A DNA stretch of 64,000 bases. It comes from an uncultured Chloroflexia bacterium (GTDB taxonomy: Bacteria; Chloroflexota; Limnocylindria; Limnocylindrales; CSP1-4). The position numbers and the translations under genes were made by a program. Numbering within the stretch: the stretch's first letter is position 1; every line of letters begins with the position of its first letter. Below, piece after piece: positions 12,354-26,926 of this stretch. The stretch lies in NCBI GenBank assembly GCA_963768655.1, contig CAVYIM010000005.1:448001-512000 (forward strand), read 5' to 3'. The notes under the pieces were generated by a model. It did not search any database. It was not told the origin of the DNA and saw only the letters and a program-made list of their open reading frames with translations.

Positions 12354-13235
12354 ATGCCCGAACTGCCCGATCTGGCCATCCTGGCCGACGCGTTTCATGC
12401 CGCCATGGCCGGCCGGCGCGTGCTCTCCATCGAAGCCCCCGGACCGCTCACGGTGCGCGGCACACCCCATGAGATGGGCGCGTTCGAGGGTCAGCGCCTG
12501 GAGCGCTTCTACCGTCGAGGCAAATTCCTGTGGCTGGTATTCGAGCGCGACCGGATCGCCATCAATGCCATGCTCACGGGCCGACTGCAGCTGGCCGCCT
12601 CGCCCGGCGTCCCGAGGCCGCAGAAGACGATGTTCGTCATGCGGTTCGGAACTCGCAGTGGAGGCCCGCCGGCCGATGCCGCGACCTGGACCGCCGGCGC
12701 CGCCTGGATACCGAGTCCAGACTCGACACCTGAGCTCCGCTACCGCGACCCAACTCAGATGGGCAAGATCTACCTCCTGCCGCACGGTCTCAACCGGCAA
12801 GCGCCAGGCGCCGGTTCCGATGAGATGGGCCCCGACGCCGACGACCCGGTCCTGGACCTGAACGAGTGGCGAGCCCGCATCAGACGACATCCGGGCGAAC
12901 TCAAGAATCTCCTTCGCAACCAGGAGTTCGTGGCCGGGATCGGCAACGCGTACTCGGATGAGATCCTCCACGCTGCGCGGCTGCAGCCATTCCGAAAGCG
13001 CGGAATGCTGGCTCCCGAGGAAGTGGATGAGCTGTACGCGGCCACGCGCGCCACTCTGGCGAATGCCGTGGGCGTCCTGCGCGAGCGAGTCCCGCCCACT
13101 TTCGAGACGGAGGTGCGCGACTTCCTGGAAGTCCACAACCGTGGCGGCGAGCCGTGCCCGAGGTGCGGCCATCGGATCACCCAGACCGAGGCGGGCGGCT
13201 TCGTCACCAGCTATTGCCGCAACTGCCAGCGCTGA
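12354..13235 (+). CDS. Fpg/Nei family DNA glycosylase/AP lyase
   Basis: N-terminal PELPD, RRGKFL, H2TH motif AGIGNAYSDEILH, C-terminal CPRC...CRNCQ zinc finger. Confidence 0.92.
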   Translation: MPELPDLAILADAFHAAMAGRRVLSIEAPGPLTVRGTPHEMGAFEGQRLERFYRRGKFLWLVFERDRIAINAMLTGRLQLAASPGVPRPQKTMFVMRFGTRSGGPPADAATWTAGAAWIPSPDSTPELRYRDPTQMGKIYLLPHGLNRQAPGAGSDEMGPDADDPVLDLNEWRARIRRHPGELKNLLRNQEFVAGIGNAYSDEILHAARLQPFRKRGMLAPEEVDELYAATRATLANAVGVLRERVPPTFETEVRDFLEVHNRGGEPCPRCGHRITQTEAGGFVTSYCRNCQR

Positions 13236-13369
13236 CGCGGCGCGCGGCAGGCCAGATCCGCAGCGGTCAGCTCGCCCGCGCGTCGACGCACGTCGGCTCG
13301 CACCGCGCGTCGTGCCGACTCACCCGCGCCCTCGCCCACAACCCTCGATTCGGGCCGCTAACGCAGAAA

Positions 13370-13486
13370 TCCTGGCGACGACCTATTTTCCCGAAAGGCT
13401 GCCCTCTCAGTATCTTCGGCGCTGGAGAGCTTAACTACCGTGTTCGGGATGGGAACGGGTGTGGCCTCTCCGCTAGTGTCACCAGG
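13370..13486 (-). rRNA. rrf: 5S rRNA
   Basis: Reverse complement contains CACCCGTTCCCATCCCGAACACGG and paired termini CCTGGTG/CGCCAGGA. Confidence 0.96.
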
Positions 13487-13634
13487 ATTCCTTGCGTCTG
13501 GACGTGTTTCGGCAGGACGGGCGCGCCTGATTCGCGACCAGGCGCAGCGGCCGCCACCGCAGATCTTCAATCTCGCGTTATGTGCAGTTCATGCTTCTCG
13601 AACCAGCACCCGACCCTTGGTAAGGTGCTGTAGC

Positions 13635-16705
<3,071 letters not shown>

Positions 16706-17064
16706 ACCACAGCAACTCACCAAGAGGTCAGCTGCCGTGTGGCCCGGGATGCACCTTGCACATAACTCGGCGAAATTGAAGATCTTCAATCTGCCGAAAC
16801 ATATCCAGTTGTTAAGGTGGGGCCTTGCGGCCTCGGCCGGCCAGATGCCGGCTGCCCAGCGATCCGCTGGTCGGTGAGCTGTCCTGGCTCACGGATCAGA
16901 GGAGCGATGAAGGTCCAGACACCAAACGACGGCTCGATCGTTGCCGAGCCGCCGTTCTCACAGCGTTGCGTCTCGAGCTTGCTTGGGGCGTCTGGCCCCG
17001 ATATTCATTTTGATCGCTTGTGCGTCGGAGGCAGTTGACCGGTCCTCCAGCTGGCTCCGGGTTG

Positions 17065-17137
17065 TGGAGACGAGGAGACTCGAACTCCTGACCCTCTCCT
17101 TGCAAAGGAGATGCTCTGCCAACTGAGCTACGTCCCC
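17065..17137 (-). tRNA. tRNA-Ala(TGC), in the ITS, CCA not encoded
   Basis: GGGGACG...CGTCTCCA acceptor; anticodon arm TCTCC-TTTGCAA-GGAGA; T-loop TTCGAGT. Confidence 0.96.
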
Positions 17138-17151
17138 AGGCGGCAAGGGAG

Positions 17152-17228
17152 TGGTGGGCGACACTGGACTCGAACCAGTGACCTCTGCCTTATCAGGGCA
17201 GCGCTCTAACCAGCTGAGCTAGTCGCCC
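17152..17228 (-). tRNA. tRNA-Ile(GAT), in the ITS
   Basis: GGGCGAC...GTCGCCC-A-CCA; anticodon arm CTGCC-CTGATAA-GGCAG. Confidence 0.96.
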
Positions 17229-17470
17229 GCCTGGCGGTGCCGACGAGCGTCGACCGTCGGTCGCCACGCGGTGCACCTTAACCCTTGAAGAGTGACAGGA
17301 ATTCCGGCCCGAACCGGGCGGTATCGGTGCTTTGCCAGGTCGTCATCGACCTCGCCAGCCCGAGGGCCGGCGTCGCGCTCACCTGACCAGAGCGCAATGT
17401 CGATCGTGACGATCAACCTGGGAGCCATTTAGCGCCGAAGTCTCACCGATGACTCCGACTTGGAACTCCC

Positions 17471-18970
<1,500 letters not shown>

Positions 18971-19040
18971 AAACCTCAGCCTTGCAGCTGAATACGTCCG
19001 AGGGTTATTCCCGCTCGATCCTTACCGGATTTCCTGCCAC

Positions 19041-19060
19041 TCTTCACTTGTTAAGGTGCC
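19041..19060 (-). promoter_or_regulatory. boxA-like antitermination element / processing stem in the rrn leader (second copy in the ITS at ~16801-16820)
   Basis: GCACCTTAACAAG in the leader and CCACCTTAACAAC before the 23S; the leader is complementary to the post-16S sequence at ~17271-17307. Confidence 0.65.
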
Positions 19061-19100
19061 CGCGTTGAAGGCGCGCAACCGCGCCAGGCGCAACACTCGA

Positions 19101-19129
19101 ATGATGAGGGGTGACCTCATCAGTGTCAA
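19101..19129 (-). promoter_or_regulatory. rrn promoter P2 (sigma70-type)
   Basis: TTGACA-17 nt-CATCAT. Confidence 0.7.
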
Positions 19130-19196
19130 GCGACGCACCGGGGGACCGGCCCGTCAGCCGACGGCCAAGAAGGTCGTCGGACCAGGGCGCCGCGGA

Positions 19197-19225
19197 ATAC
19201 TATCGGCCTCCGCCCCGCGTGTCAA
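19197..19225 (-). promoter_or_regulatory. rrn promoter P1 (sigma70-type)
   Basis: TTGACA-17 nt-TAGTAT followed by a GC-rich discriminator. Confidence 0.8.
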
Positions 19226-19465
19226 ACGCTCTCCCGCCCGGTATCGGTCGCGCCAAAGCCGGGCTGCGCCGAGGCCGGGACAGCCGCGGGACGGCCGTCA
19301 GTGCCATGGGCCGCGAGATGGGCCGCGAGCCACTCAGGCGCAGGTCAACGCGGCGACGACTGCCGCAGCGGGCGACACCCGAACGCCCTGGTCAAGGGGC
19401 CCAAAACCAACGCCGGAATGCGCCGCCTGACAAGCAGGACGCAAGCGGCGATACGGTGGGCCGGG

Positions 19466-19651
19466 CTAAATCGGGCTGCTCTCGACCAGCAGGAGAGCCA
19501 CCGCCGCGGAGATCCAGCACAGCGCCGCGAGCTCGAAAGTGGGCGTTACGCCGGCCGCCAGGACAGCCACGAGGTAGATGATCGCGCCGACGATGCCGGC
19601 CGCGACCAGCTTGGCGAGGCGGAGCAGGATCTCGTTGATCAGCTGACTCAT
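19466..19651 (-). CDS. small two-TM membrane protein, hypothetical
   Basis: 61 aa, two hydrophobic segments, GGAG RBS, co-oriented downstream of recR. Confidence 0.7.
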   Translation of the reverse strand: MSQLINEILLRLAKLVAAGIVGAIIYLVAVLAAGVTPTFELAALCWISAAVALLLVESSPI

Positions 19652-19730
19652 GAAGCACTCCTGAGTATCGTGGAGACGATCCCGGGCCGAGGCCGGCCGC
19701 TCGAGACGCAGGGTCGCGCGAAGCGCCGCA

Positions 19731-20348
19731 TCAGATCGCCCGCCGGCCCTGCAGCGCTCTGATCAGAGTCACTTCGTCCGCGTATTCGAGGTCGCCGCCG
19801 ACGGGCAATCCCCGCGCGATCCTGGTCACGCTGCCGACGAGCGGCTCCAGGCGTTCGGCCAGATACATCGCGGTGGCCTCCCCTTCGAGCGTGGGGTTCG
19901 TGGCGATCACGACCTCCTCGAAGCGCGCGCCGGCCCGGTTCGCCTCGTCGGCCCGCTCCAGCAACTGGCGGACCTTCAGTCGCTCGGGACCCACGCCATC
20001 GATCGGCGAGATGGCGCCGTGGAGCACGTGGTATAGACCCTTGAACTCGCCGGTCCGCTCCAGCGCCAGGACATCCAGCGGCTCCTCCACCACGCACAGC
20101 CGCGCGGCGTCCCGCCCCGGGTCGGAGCATATGGCGCAGACCGGCCGATCGCTGATGTTGAAGCAGCGCTCGCAGAAGACGACCTGCTCTCGCACGGCGA
20201 TGAGGGCGGCGGCAAGGGCGCGCGCTTCGGTGTCGGGCGCGCGCAGCAAGTGGTACGTCAGCCGCTGCGCCGTCTTGGGTCCGATGCCGGGCAGGCGGGC
20301 GAAGGAGTCGATGAGCCGCGCGACCGGCTCGATCAGAAGAGCGGGCAC
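19731..20348 (-). CDS. recR: recombination mediator RecR
   Basis: LPGIGPKTAQRL HhH, CERC...CAIC zinc finger, TOPRIM ATNPTLEGEATA, GLPVGGDLEYAD. Confidence 0.97.
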   Translation of the reverse strand: MPALLIEPVARLIDSFARLPGIGPKTAQRLTYHLLRAPDTEARALAAALIAVREQVVFCERCFNISDRPVCAICSDPGRDAARLCVVEEPLDVLALERTGEFKGLYHVLHGAISPIDGVGPERLKVRQLLERADEANRAGARFEEVVIATNPTLEGEATAMYLAERLEPLVGSVTRIARGLPVGGDLEYADEVTLIRALQGRRAI

Positions 20349-20354
20349 GGAAGG

Positions 20355-20660
20355 CTACATTCCCGGCAACCGGAGACCGCCGGTGACGGCCCCCATCTTC
20401 GCCTCGGCCAGCTCCCGGGCCGCCCGCTGCGCGTCGGTGACGGCGGCCACGATCAGGTCCTGGAGCATCTCGACGTCCGCGGGATCGACGGCCGACGGAT
20501 CGATGGCGATGCTCACGAGCTCCTGTTTGCCGTTGGCAACGGCCTTGACGACGCCGCCTCCGGCGGTCCCCTCGACGGTCGTCACGGCGAGCTCCTGCTG
20601 GACGCGCGCGAGGTCTTGCTGCATCTGCATTGCCATCCGCTGCAGGTTGGCCATGCTCAT
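20355..20660 (-). CDS. ybaB: YbaB/EbfC nucleoid-associated protein
   Basis: GTAGGGVVKA, DVEMLQDLIVAA; lies between dnaX and recR. Confidence 0.95.
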   Translation of the reverse strand: MSMANLQRMAMQMQQDLARVQQELAVTTVEGTAGGGVVKAVANGKQELVSIAIDPSAVDPADVEMLQDLIVAAVTDAQRAARELAEAKMGAVTGGLRLPGM

Positions 20661-20798
20661 TTCGTGTCCTCCTGGGATCCGTTGCGGCTCACCGGCTGCG
20701 TCCGCCGCCGCCTCCGAAGTCTGGCCGAAACCATACCCGGCTGCACGGCCGAAAGGAGCGGTCAGCCCGGGCGCCCCGCGCCATCGGCCAATTGGGGC

Positions 20799-22469
20799 TC
20801 AACCTACGTCGCCCACGTCGATCGCGTCGTCGCCGTAGATCCGTTTGAACTCGGTCAGCAGGCGGGAGCTGTCTGGGTCCTCGGGCAGCGGCGCGACCTC
20901 GACGTTCGCGGCTACGCAGCGCACGGACACGGGCATGCCTAGAACGCGGCTGACGCCGTCCTCCAGGATCGGACGGCGGCGATCGGCGACATCCTTGAAG
21001 AAGCTCTGGGTCTCCGGGAAGCCCAGCGTGACGACATTGCCGTCGACGCTGACGGGGCGGCAGGCGACGATGAGCGGCCGCGTCGGCGGGCTCTTGCTGA
21101 TGACCTCGACGATCTCGGCCCAGCGCTCCAGCAGCAGGGCGAGCGTCGGCCCGGACCGTGTGCCAGGGGCGGTCGAAGGCGCAGGCTCACTGCGAGCCGG
21201 AGGGACGGCCGGAGCCGAACTGGCGGCCGGGGCCGGATGCGCGGCCGGGGCCGACACATCGGCCGGAGCCGCTGGCGGGGGCGGGGCCGAAGACGGGCGC
21301 TCGGCCGAACGTTCTGGCGCGGCCGAAGGCACCCGTGCGGGGACCGGCGCCCGAACCGCGGGTCGCTCCAGGGGCGCGGGTGCGGGCGCATACGCGGGTG
21401 CGGCCGCGGAGATCGCGGCGGTTCCAACGGGCGCCAGCAGGGCCAGCTCCAGCTGGAGGCGCAAGCCGCCGGCACCGGGATGGGCCATGTCGATCGAGGC
21501 CAGGCGCCGGGCGGCTGCCGACAGAGCGCCGGGGCCGGCGGACGCAAGCCCCGAGGGCGTTCCGCGACCCAGCGACGAAAGCAGCGCCAGCCGCAACCCC
21601 TCGATGGCCTGCTCCGTGAAGGCGCGCAGGTCGCGGCCTCGCTCCTCCAGCCCGTCGAGTATCTCGATGCCGGCGACGGCCTCGCCGCCGACCAGCGCTT
21701 CGAGAAAAGCCTCGACCGTCTCCTCCTCGACCAGACCCAGTACGTCGCGAACGTGGTCCGCCGTCAGATCGCCGGCATCAGTGCCGAGGAGCTGGTCGAG
21801 CATCGACTCGGCGTCGCGCATGCCGCCGGCGGCCAGGCGGGCGATCAGGTCGATCGCCTCCGGCTCAGCCGTTCGGCCGTCGGCCGCCAGGATCGTCCGC
21901 AGCTTGCCGCCGATCTCGCCCACGGTCAGCCGCCGGAAGTCGAAGCGCTGAACCCGCGAAACGACGGCCGGCCGGATCTGGGTGCTGTCGGTGGTGCAGA
22001 AGACGAAGACGACGTGGTCGGGCGGCTCTTCGAGGGTCTTGAGCAGGACGTCCCAGCCCTCGCGGATCCGTTGGACTTCATCGACAATGAAGACCTTGAC
22101 GGTCAGGTCCGAAGGCGCGGTGTAGATCCGGGGCAGGAGCTCGCGCATGTCGTCAACGCGGTTGTTCGAGGCCGCGTCCATCTCGCTGACGTCGAGGGCG
22201 CGGCCGTCGCGAATGGCCACGCAGGCGGGGCACTCGTCGCACGGCTCGCCGTCACGAAGGTTCGAGCAGTTGAGCGCCTTCGCCAGGATTCGCGCCATCG
22301 AAGTCTTGCCGGTTCCGCGCGGACCGACGAACAGATAGGCATGGGCGGTCCGGCCCGAGCGCACGGCGTTGCGCAGCGTCTCGACGACCGCCTGCTGGCC
22401 GACGATCTGGCCGAACGTCTGGGCGCGCCAGCGGCGATAGATGGCCTGGTGCTGTGGTGTCGAGCTCAC
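20799..22469 (-). CDS. dnaX: DNA polymerase III subunit gamma/tau
   Basis: YRRWR, GPRGTGKTS Walker A, DAASN, LLKTLEEPP, GGMRDA; Pro/Ala-rich linker. Confidence 0.96.
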   Translation of the reverse strand: MSSTPQHQAIYRRWRAQTFGQIVGQQAVVETLRNAVRSGRTAHAYLFVGPRGTGKTSMARILAKALNCSNLRDGEPCDECPACVAIRDGRALDVSEMDAASNNRVDDMRELLPRIYTAPSDLTVKVFIVDEVQRIREGWDVLLKTLEEPPDHVVFVFCTTDSTQIRPAVVSRVQRFDFRRLTVGEIGGKLRTILAADGRTAEPEAIDLIARLAAGGMRDAESMLDQLLGTDAGDLTADHVRDVLGLVEEETVEAFLEALVGGEAVAGIEILDGLEERGRDLRAFTEQAIEGLRLALLSSLGRGTPSGLASAGPGALSAAARRLASIDMAHPGAGGLRLQLELALLAPVGTAAISAAAPAYAPAPAPLERPAVRAPVPARVPSAAPERSAERPSSAPPPPAAPADVSAPAAHPAPAASSAPAVPPARSEPAPSTAPGTRSGPTLALLLERWAEIVEVISKSPPTRPLIVACRPVSVDGNVVTLGFPETQSFFKDVADRRRPILEDGVSRVLGMPVSVRCVAANVEVAPLPEDPDSSRLLTEFKRIYGDDAIDVGDVG

Positions 22470-22540
22470 GCTGCTCCTGCCGGCACGGGCAAGACGAGGG
22501 GCGGCGCCGCCGGCGCTGTCCGCCGGCCGCCGGGTCGAGT

Positions 22541-22807
22541 GCCGTGCACCCTCCGTCGACCGACCGTTCCCGTGCCCACCAGTTGAGGCAGCTCAGACCA
22601 GGCCATTCCGCGGCACCCGACGATCATCGCTTAGTGCTGCTTCCTTCCGGACCTGACACGCTTCGCGAGCCGCCGCTGCGCGGGACCCGGCCCTCAACGT
22701 CACCACAAGCGGCGGCCTTCGAGGACGGGGACCTCGGGAGGGAATTCAGCCCTGCTGGAGCGGATTGCAGGTTACAGGGCACCGCTAGTTCCCCGCCTAG
22801 CACGGCC
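22541..22807 (-). ncRNA. ffs: signal recognition particle RNA, large bacterial type with Alu domain
   Basis: 5' GCCGTGCTAGGCGGGGAACTAGCGGTGCCCTGTAACCTGCAATCCGCT, helix 8 GTCAGGTCCGGAAGGAAGCAGC, 3' GGGTGCACGGC; immediately upstream of dnaX. Confidence 0.93.
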
Positions 22808-22812
22808 CGAGA

Positions 22813-22821
22813 ATCATAGCA
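22813..22821 (-). promoter_or_regulatory. extended -10 promoter of the SRP RNA
   Basis: TGcTATGAT about 5 nt upstream of the SRP RNA 5' end. Confidence 0.7.
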
Positions 22822-22892
22822 GCAGCCGGTGCCGGAGCCGAGCCTCGGCCTGGAGCGACGCGCGCGCGGCACCACGGCGACATGGAAACGAG

Positions 22893-22980
22893 TGGCGGAG
22901 AGGGAGGGATTTGAACCCTCGATGGGTTGCCCCATACCGCATTTCCAGTGCGGCGCCCTAGGCCACTAGGCGACCTCTCC
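22893..22980 (-). tRNA. tRNA-Ser(GGA)
   Basis: GGAGAGG...CCTCTCC-G-CCA, anticodon arm CCGCA-CTGGAAA-TGCGG, long variable arm. Confidence 0.96.
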
Positions 22981-23047
22981 GCGAAGACGGCCCGCGCGAC
23001 GGGCAGATCGCCGACCGGCCGGGCCGGCGACCCGGGAACCGAGAGAG

Positions 23048-23133
<86 letters not shown>

Positions 23134-23211
23134 GCGCGAGAGAATACCAGAGCCCGGCGAGGCGTCTGCCGATGGGAGCGGTGGACGGGGCCGATCGCTC
23201 CGCCGACCGGT

Positions 23212-23694
23212 TCAGCCGGCTGCCGTCCTGAGGCGCTCGGTAGCGCGCAGGCTTTCGACCGGGCCGGCCTTGACGAAGAGCTCTTCGGCCTCCTCGCAGC
23301 GGATGCCGCTGACGACCTTGAGCTTGCGCGACAGCCGCGTTTCCTGGGCGAGCTGAATCGCCCCGCCGGCCGCGCCGTCGACCAAGTTGGAGACGGCGAA
23401 GACCAGCGCCTCGACGTCGCAAGCCAGGAGAGCCCCGACGCACATCGGGCACGGCTCACGGGTGACGAAGATCGTGGCGTCGGCCAGGCGGACGCGGCCG
23501 AGCTTTCGAGCGGCCTCGCGCAGGGCGACGATAACCGCGTGGGCGGTGGGATCGTTGCATTCCTGGACCCTGTCGTGGGCCCGGGCCACCATGGCGTCGC
23601 TGACGACCGCGACGGCGCCGATCGGGGCCTTGCCCTGGTCGAGCGCGAGTTGGGCCTCGGCCAGAGCCTCTCCCATGAACAGCTCGTAGTTCAT
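23212..23694 (-). CDS. tadA: TadA-family tRNA adenosine deaminase homolog, predicted catalytically inactive (HAV instead of HAE)
   Basis: FMGEALAEA, PIGAV, DPTAHA(V), VTREPCPMCVGA; syntenic upstream of ffs-dnaX. Confidence 0.85.
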   Translation of the reverse strand: MNYELFMGEALAEAQLALDQGKAPIGAVAVVSDAMVARAHDRVQECNDPTAHAVIVALREAARKLGRVRLADATIFVTREPCPMCVGALLACDVEALVFAVSNLVDGAAGGAIQLAQETRLSRKLKVVSGIRCEEAEELFVKAGPVESLRATERLRTAAG

Positions 23695-23776
23695 GGGCGG
23701 ATCATACAGGCCCGCGGCGTCGAAAATGGGCTCGGGAAGCCCGTTACCGGCCGGCGGGCCGCGCACTGGATCGCAC

Positions 23777-24712
23777 TCAGTCCCGTGCCGGGTCGGGCGG
23801 GGCCGCCGGCTCCGACAGCTCCGAGTCCGGCGGGGCCGCCGGGGCCGACAGCTCGCGAATGGCCCGGGCCACGACCGACATGTCCTCGTCGCCGTGGCCG
23901 CCGTCGAGCAGCCGATCCTCCAGGGCCGCGGCCAGCATCGCCGTCGGAAGCATGACACCGGTTTCGCCGGCCATCTCGAGGGCGATCCCAAGGTCCTTGC
24001 GGTGCAGCGCCAGGCGGAAGCCGAGCGGGTACTCGTCATCGATCATCCGGCCGCTCCGGTTCGCCAGGACCCAGCTCGCGGCCGCGCCGCCCGACAGGGC
24101 TTCCACAAGGCGGCTCGGATCGAGCCCCGCCCGAATGCCCAGGACGATGCCCTCAGCCACGCCCAGATAGGCCCCGGCGATGATCACCTGGTTCACTGCC
24201 TTGGCGGCCTGGCCGTTGCCGAGCGGCCCGAGGTGAGTGACGGTCCGTCCGATCACCTCCAGGACGGGCCGAGCCCGCGCGACGTCGGCGTCGGAGCCGC
24301 CGGCGAAGATGGTCAGAGTGCCCAGTCGGGCGCCCTCCGAGCCGCCCGAGACGGGGGCGTCCACCATGCCGATGCCACGTTCCGCCAGGCGGCGGCCGAA
24401 CTGGCGGGTCGCGGCCGGAGCGATGGTCGAACAGTCGATGACGAGGGATCCGGCGGCGGCGCCCGTGGCCACTCCGCCCGGACCGAAGAGGACGGACGCG
24501 ACGTCCGGGCTGTCCGAGACGCAGACGACGACGACGTCCGAGGAGGCGGCCAGCTCCGCGGGACTCGCGGCCTCGCGCGCGCCGAGCTCGAGGAGTGCCG
24601 CGGCACGCCCGGGCGTTCTATTCCAGACGGTGAGCGGCGCACCCGCCCGAGCCAGGTTGGCGGCCATCGAGGCGCCCATGGTGCCGAGCCCCACGAACCC
24701 GATCCGTTCCAC
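23777..24712 (-). CDS. NAD(P)-dependent oxidoreductase, 3-hydroxyisobutyrate/tartronate semialdehyde reductase family
   Basis: IGFVGLGTMGASMA, WNRT, DAPVSGG, GQAAKAVNQ, KDL; GTG start with AAGGAG RBS. Confidence 0.92.
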   Translation of the reverse strand: MERIGFVGLGTMGASMAANLARAGAPLTVWNRTPGRAAALLELGAREAASPAELAASSDVVVVCVSDSPDVASVLFGPGGVATGAAAGSLVIDCSTIAPAATRQFGRRLAERGIGMVDAPVSGGSEGARLGTLTIFAGGSDADVARARPVLEVIGRTVTHLGPLGNGQAAKAVNQVIIAGAYLGVAEGIVLGIRAGLDPSRLVEALSGGAAASWVLANRSGRMIDDEYPLGFRLALHRKDLGIALEMAGETGVMLPTAMLAAALEDRLLDGGHGDEDMSVVARAIRELSAPAAPPDSELSEPAAPPDPARD

Positions 24713-24892
24713 GCTCGCTCCTTCGCCAGCTTGCATCTGCCGGCTCCATGCTAGCGGCCCGGCCGAGGATCCTGGCGGGGGCTTGGATGGGCGGTGATAC
24801 GATGCCGCCCCGAGGAAGCATCTGCGTCCATCCACAGTCGGATGTCGATGCTCGCGTCTCTTCGCCCCCGAGCCCATGATGGAGTCGAAATC

Positions 24893-25945
24893 TTGAATCC
24901 GCCTATCCGTTCGGGGCTCGTCGGGAGAATGGCGAGCGCCCTGCTCGTATCGGCGCTCGTGGCCGCGTGCGGCGCGGCGACTCTCTCGCCGTCTCCGAGC
25001 CAGACTCGACAGAGCGCGAGTCCGGCGGAGGCAGTCGCGTCTGCCGGGTCGACGCCGACGCCCTCGCCCACAGGCACGCCGTCCCCCACGGCGTCGTCGG
25101 CGCCGTCCATGACGCCCGCGACGCCCTCGCCCACTCCCTCGCCCAAACCCTCGCCGACCCCATTCTCGGTCGTCGCCGCCACGAGCTGCGACCCCAGCGT
25201 GGTCCCGGGCTCCGAGTACGCGCCGCCACCGCCGGCGCCGTCCCCGAATTCGAAGCCGGTCACGCTGCACGTCCCCATCCTCGAGTACCACCGTATCGTT
25301 CCGCCGGCCCGAGCCGGGAGATCGGCCCCGGGGCTGACGATGACGCCCCAGGTCTTCGACGCCCAGATGGCCGCGCTGGCCAAGGCGGGGTGGCACACCA
25401 TCACCCTCGCCGCCCTCGCCGACGATCTGGCGGCCAACGTGAGCCCGCCCTCGCATACCTTCGTAGTCACGATCGACGATGGCTGGTGGGACAGCTTTGA
25501 CTACGCCTTCAACATCCTCCTCAGATACGGGTTCGTGGCCACCTTCTTCGTGATCGCCGACCGGATCGGCCAGCCCCTGTTCCTGGCACCGGACGAGATC
25601 CAGATCCTGGCCGCGGCGGGCAACGACATCGGCGACCACACCGTCCACCACGACGCGTTGACCGCCGCGCAGCCGAAGGCGCTGACCTACGAGATCGATT
25701 CCGGGGCGGCGACGATCGCCGCCATCACCGGACGCTGGCCCGAGACGCTGGCCTATCCACTGGGCAAGGCCGACTCGCGGGTGCTGGCCGCCGTCGCCGC
25801 CTGCAAGTCGCTGCGTCTGGCGGTTGTCGAGGGCAGCGGCGCTCGCGAGACCTGGGCCACTCAATTCCACGTGTCGCGCATTCAGGTCGGCCCGCAGCGG
25901 CTGCCGGCAGATCTGCTCGCCGAGGTTCAACGTGTCGGCCGCTGA
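24893..25945 (+). CDS. polysaccharide deacetylase (NodB homology) lipoprotein with Ser/Pro/Thr linker
   Basis: Lipobox-like LVAAC, PILEYH, TIDDG, HTVHH and AYPLG motifs; start uncertain (TTG 24893 or ATG 24929). Confidence 0.85.
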   Translation: MNPPIRSGLVGRMASALLVSALVAACGAATLSPSPSQTRQSASPAEAVASAGSTPTPSPTGTPSPTASSAPSMTPATPSPTPSPKPSPTPFSVVAATSCDPSVVPGSEYAPPPPAPSPNSKPVTLHVPILEYHRIVPPARAGRSAPGLTMTPQVFDAQMAALAKAGWHTITLAALADDLAANVSPPSHTFVVTIDDGWWDSFDYAFNILLRYGFVATFFVIADRIGQPLFLAPDEIQILAAAGNDIGDHTVHHDALTAAQPKALTYEIDSGAATIAAITGRWPETLAYPLGKADSRVLAAVAACKSLRLAVVEGSGARETWATQFHVSRIQVGPQRLPADLLAEVQRVGR

Positions 25946-26822
25946 TCGGCGCCGGCGGAGCGCGACACGGACGCGACTGCTGTCGCTCCTGGCGCTGGCG
26001 GCCGTGCTCGCCTTCACGCGTCCGGGCAGGCGCGCCGTCCGGCGGCTGGCGCTGCTGATCGATTCTCATGTCGAGGGCGCCGCGGAGCCGGATGCACGCG
26101 GCTATGCGCGCTTCATCGCGCCGGTGTTTCGCCGGCTGTATGAGCGTGTGACCGATGACGTGGCCTCCGAGCTGGAGGGCCGAACTGGCGTCGACGGCGG
26201 CCGCGGCGGCGGCGACAACGGCGCCGGCGGCAGAGGCGGCCGAGGCAGCGACGGCGGCCGCGGCGGCGGCAACGGCCGCGATCTCACGATCCTGGACGTG
26301 GGCTGCGGACCGGGCGACCTGGCCGCAATGCTGTCCGAACGACTGCCGGAGGCGCGCGTGTGCGGCGTCGACCTCGCGCCGAGTATGGTCGAGCTGGCGA
26401 GGCAGAAGGCGACGGACGACGGCCGGCTCGGCTTCGAAGGCGGAGACGTGGCCGACCTGCCATTCGAATCCGGATCGTTCGACCTGGTCGTCTCGACGCT
26501 CAGCCTGCACCACTGGCCGGACCCTGGGGCCGGTTTCGCCGAGATCGCGCGGGTGCTTCGACCCGGTGGCGTCGCTCTCATCTACGACCTCCGCCTGGTG
26601 ACACTGGAGGCGGAAAGGCTGACCGAGGTTGCGCGTCGGGCCGGGCTGCCGGCCTCGGTGCTTCGGCGTGAGCGCCTCCGCGGCGGCATCCTCGCCGGCC
26701 TGTTCGTCCGTTTCCGCGTCGATCGCCCGGTCGGCGGAGGATCGACCGACTTCTCGCCCGCTGCGGGGGCAGCGGGCCATGCTAGAATTCCGGCCGCTGT
26801 GACTCCTGGAGAGGTCGCATAG
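25932..26822 (+). CDS. class I SAM-dependent methyltransferase with Gly/Arg-rich insertion
   Basis: ILDVGCGPG, GVDLAPSM, DLPFESGSFDLVVSTLSLHHW, RVLRPGG; stop codon lies inside the tRNA-Ser gene; start uncertain. Confidence 0.85.
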   Translation: MSAADRRRRSATRTRLLSLLALAAVLAFTRPGRRAVRRLALLIDSHVEGAAEPDARGYARFIAPVFRRLYERVTDDVASELEGRTGVDGGRGGGDNGAGGRGGRGSDGGRGGGNGRDLTILDVGCGPGDLAAMLSERLPEARVCGVDLAPSMVELARQKATDDGRLGFEGGDVADLPFESGSFDLVVSTLSLHHWPDPGAGFAEIARVLRPGGVALIYDLRLVTLEAERLTEVARRAGLPASVLRRERLRGGILAGLFVRFRVDRPVGGGSTDFSPAAGAAGHARIPAAVTPGEVA

Positions 26823-26900
26823 TCGGTCTAGTGCAGCGGTTTGCTAAACCGCCAGGTGGGGTAACCTGCCTCGAGGGTTCGAATCCCTCCCTCTCCGCCA
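26808..26900 (+). tRNA. tRNA-Ser(GCT)
   Basis: GGAGAGG...CCTCTCC-G-CCA, anticodon arm GCGGT-TTGCTAA-ACCGC, long variable arm; TGcTAGAAT extended -10 upstream. Confidence 0.96.
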
Positions 26901-26926
26901 GTCCTCGCAATGAAGCACAGCCGCGC

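Noticed and set aside
24713-26017. Long N-terminal extension of the oxidoreductase (746-aa ORF)
   Set aside because: It is antisense to the deacetylase gene; the RBS and Rossmann motif place the start at 24712.
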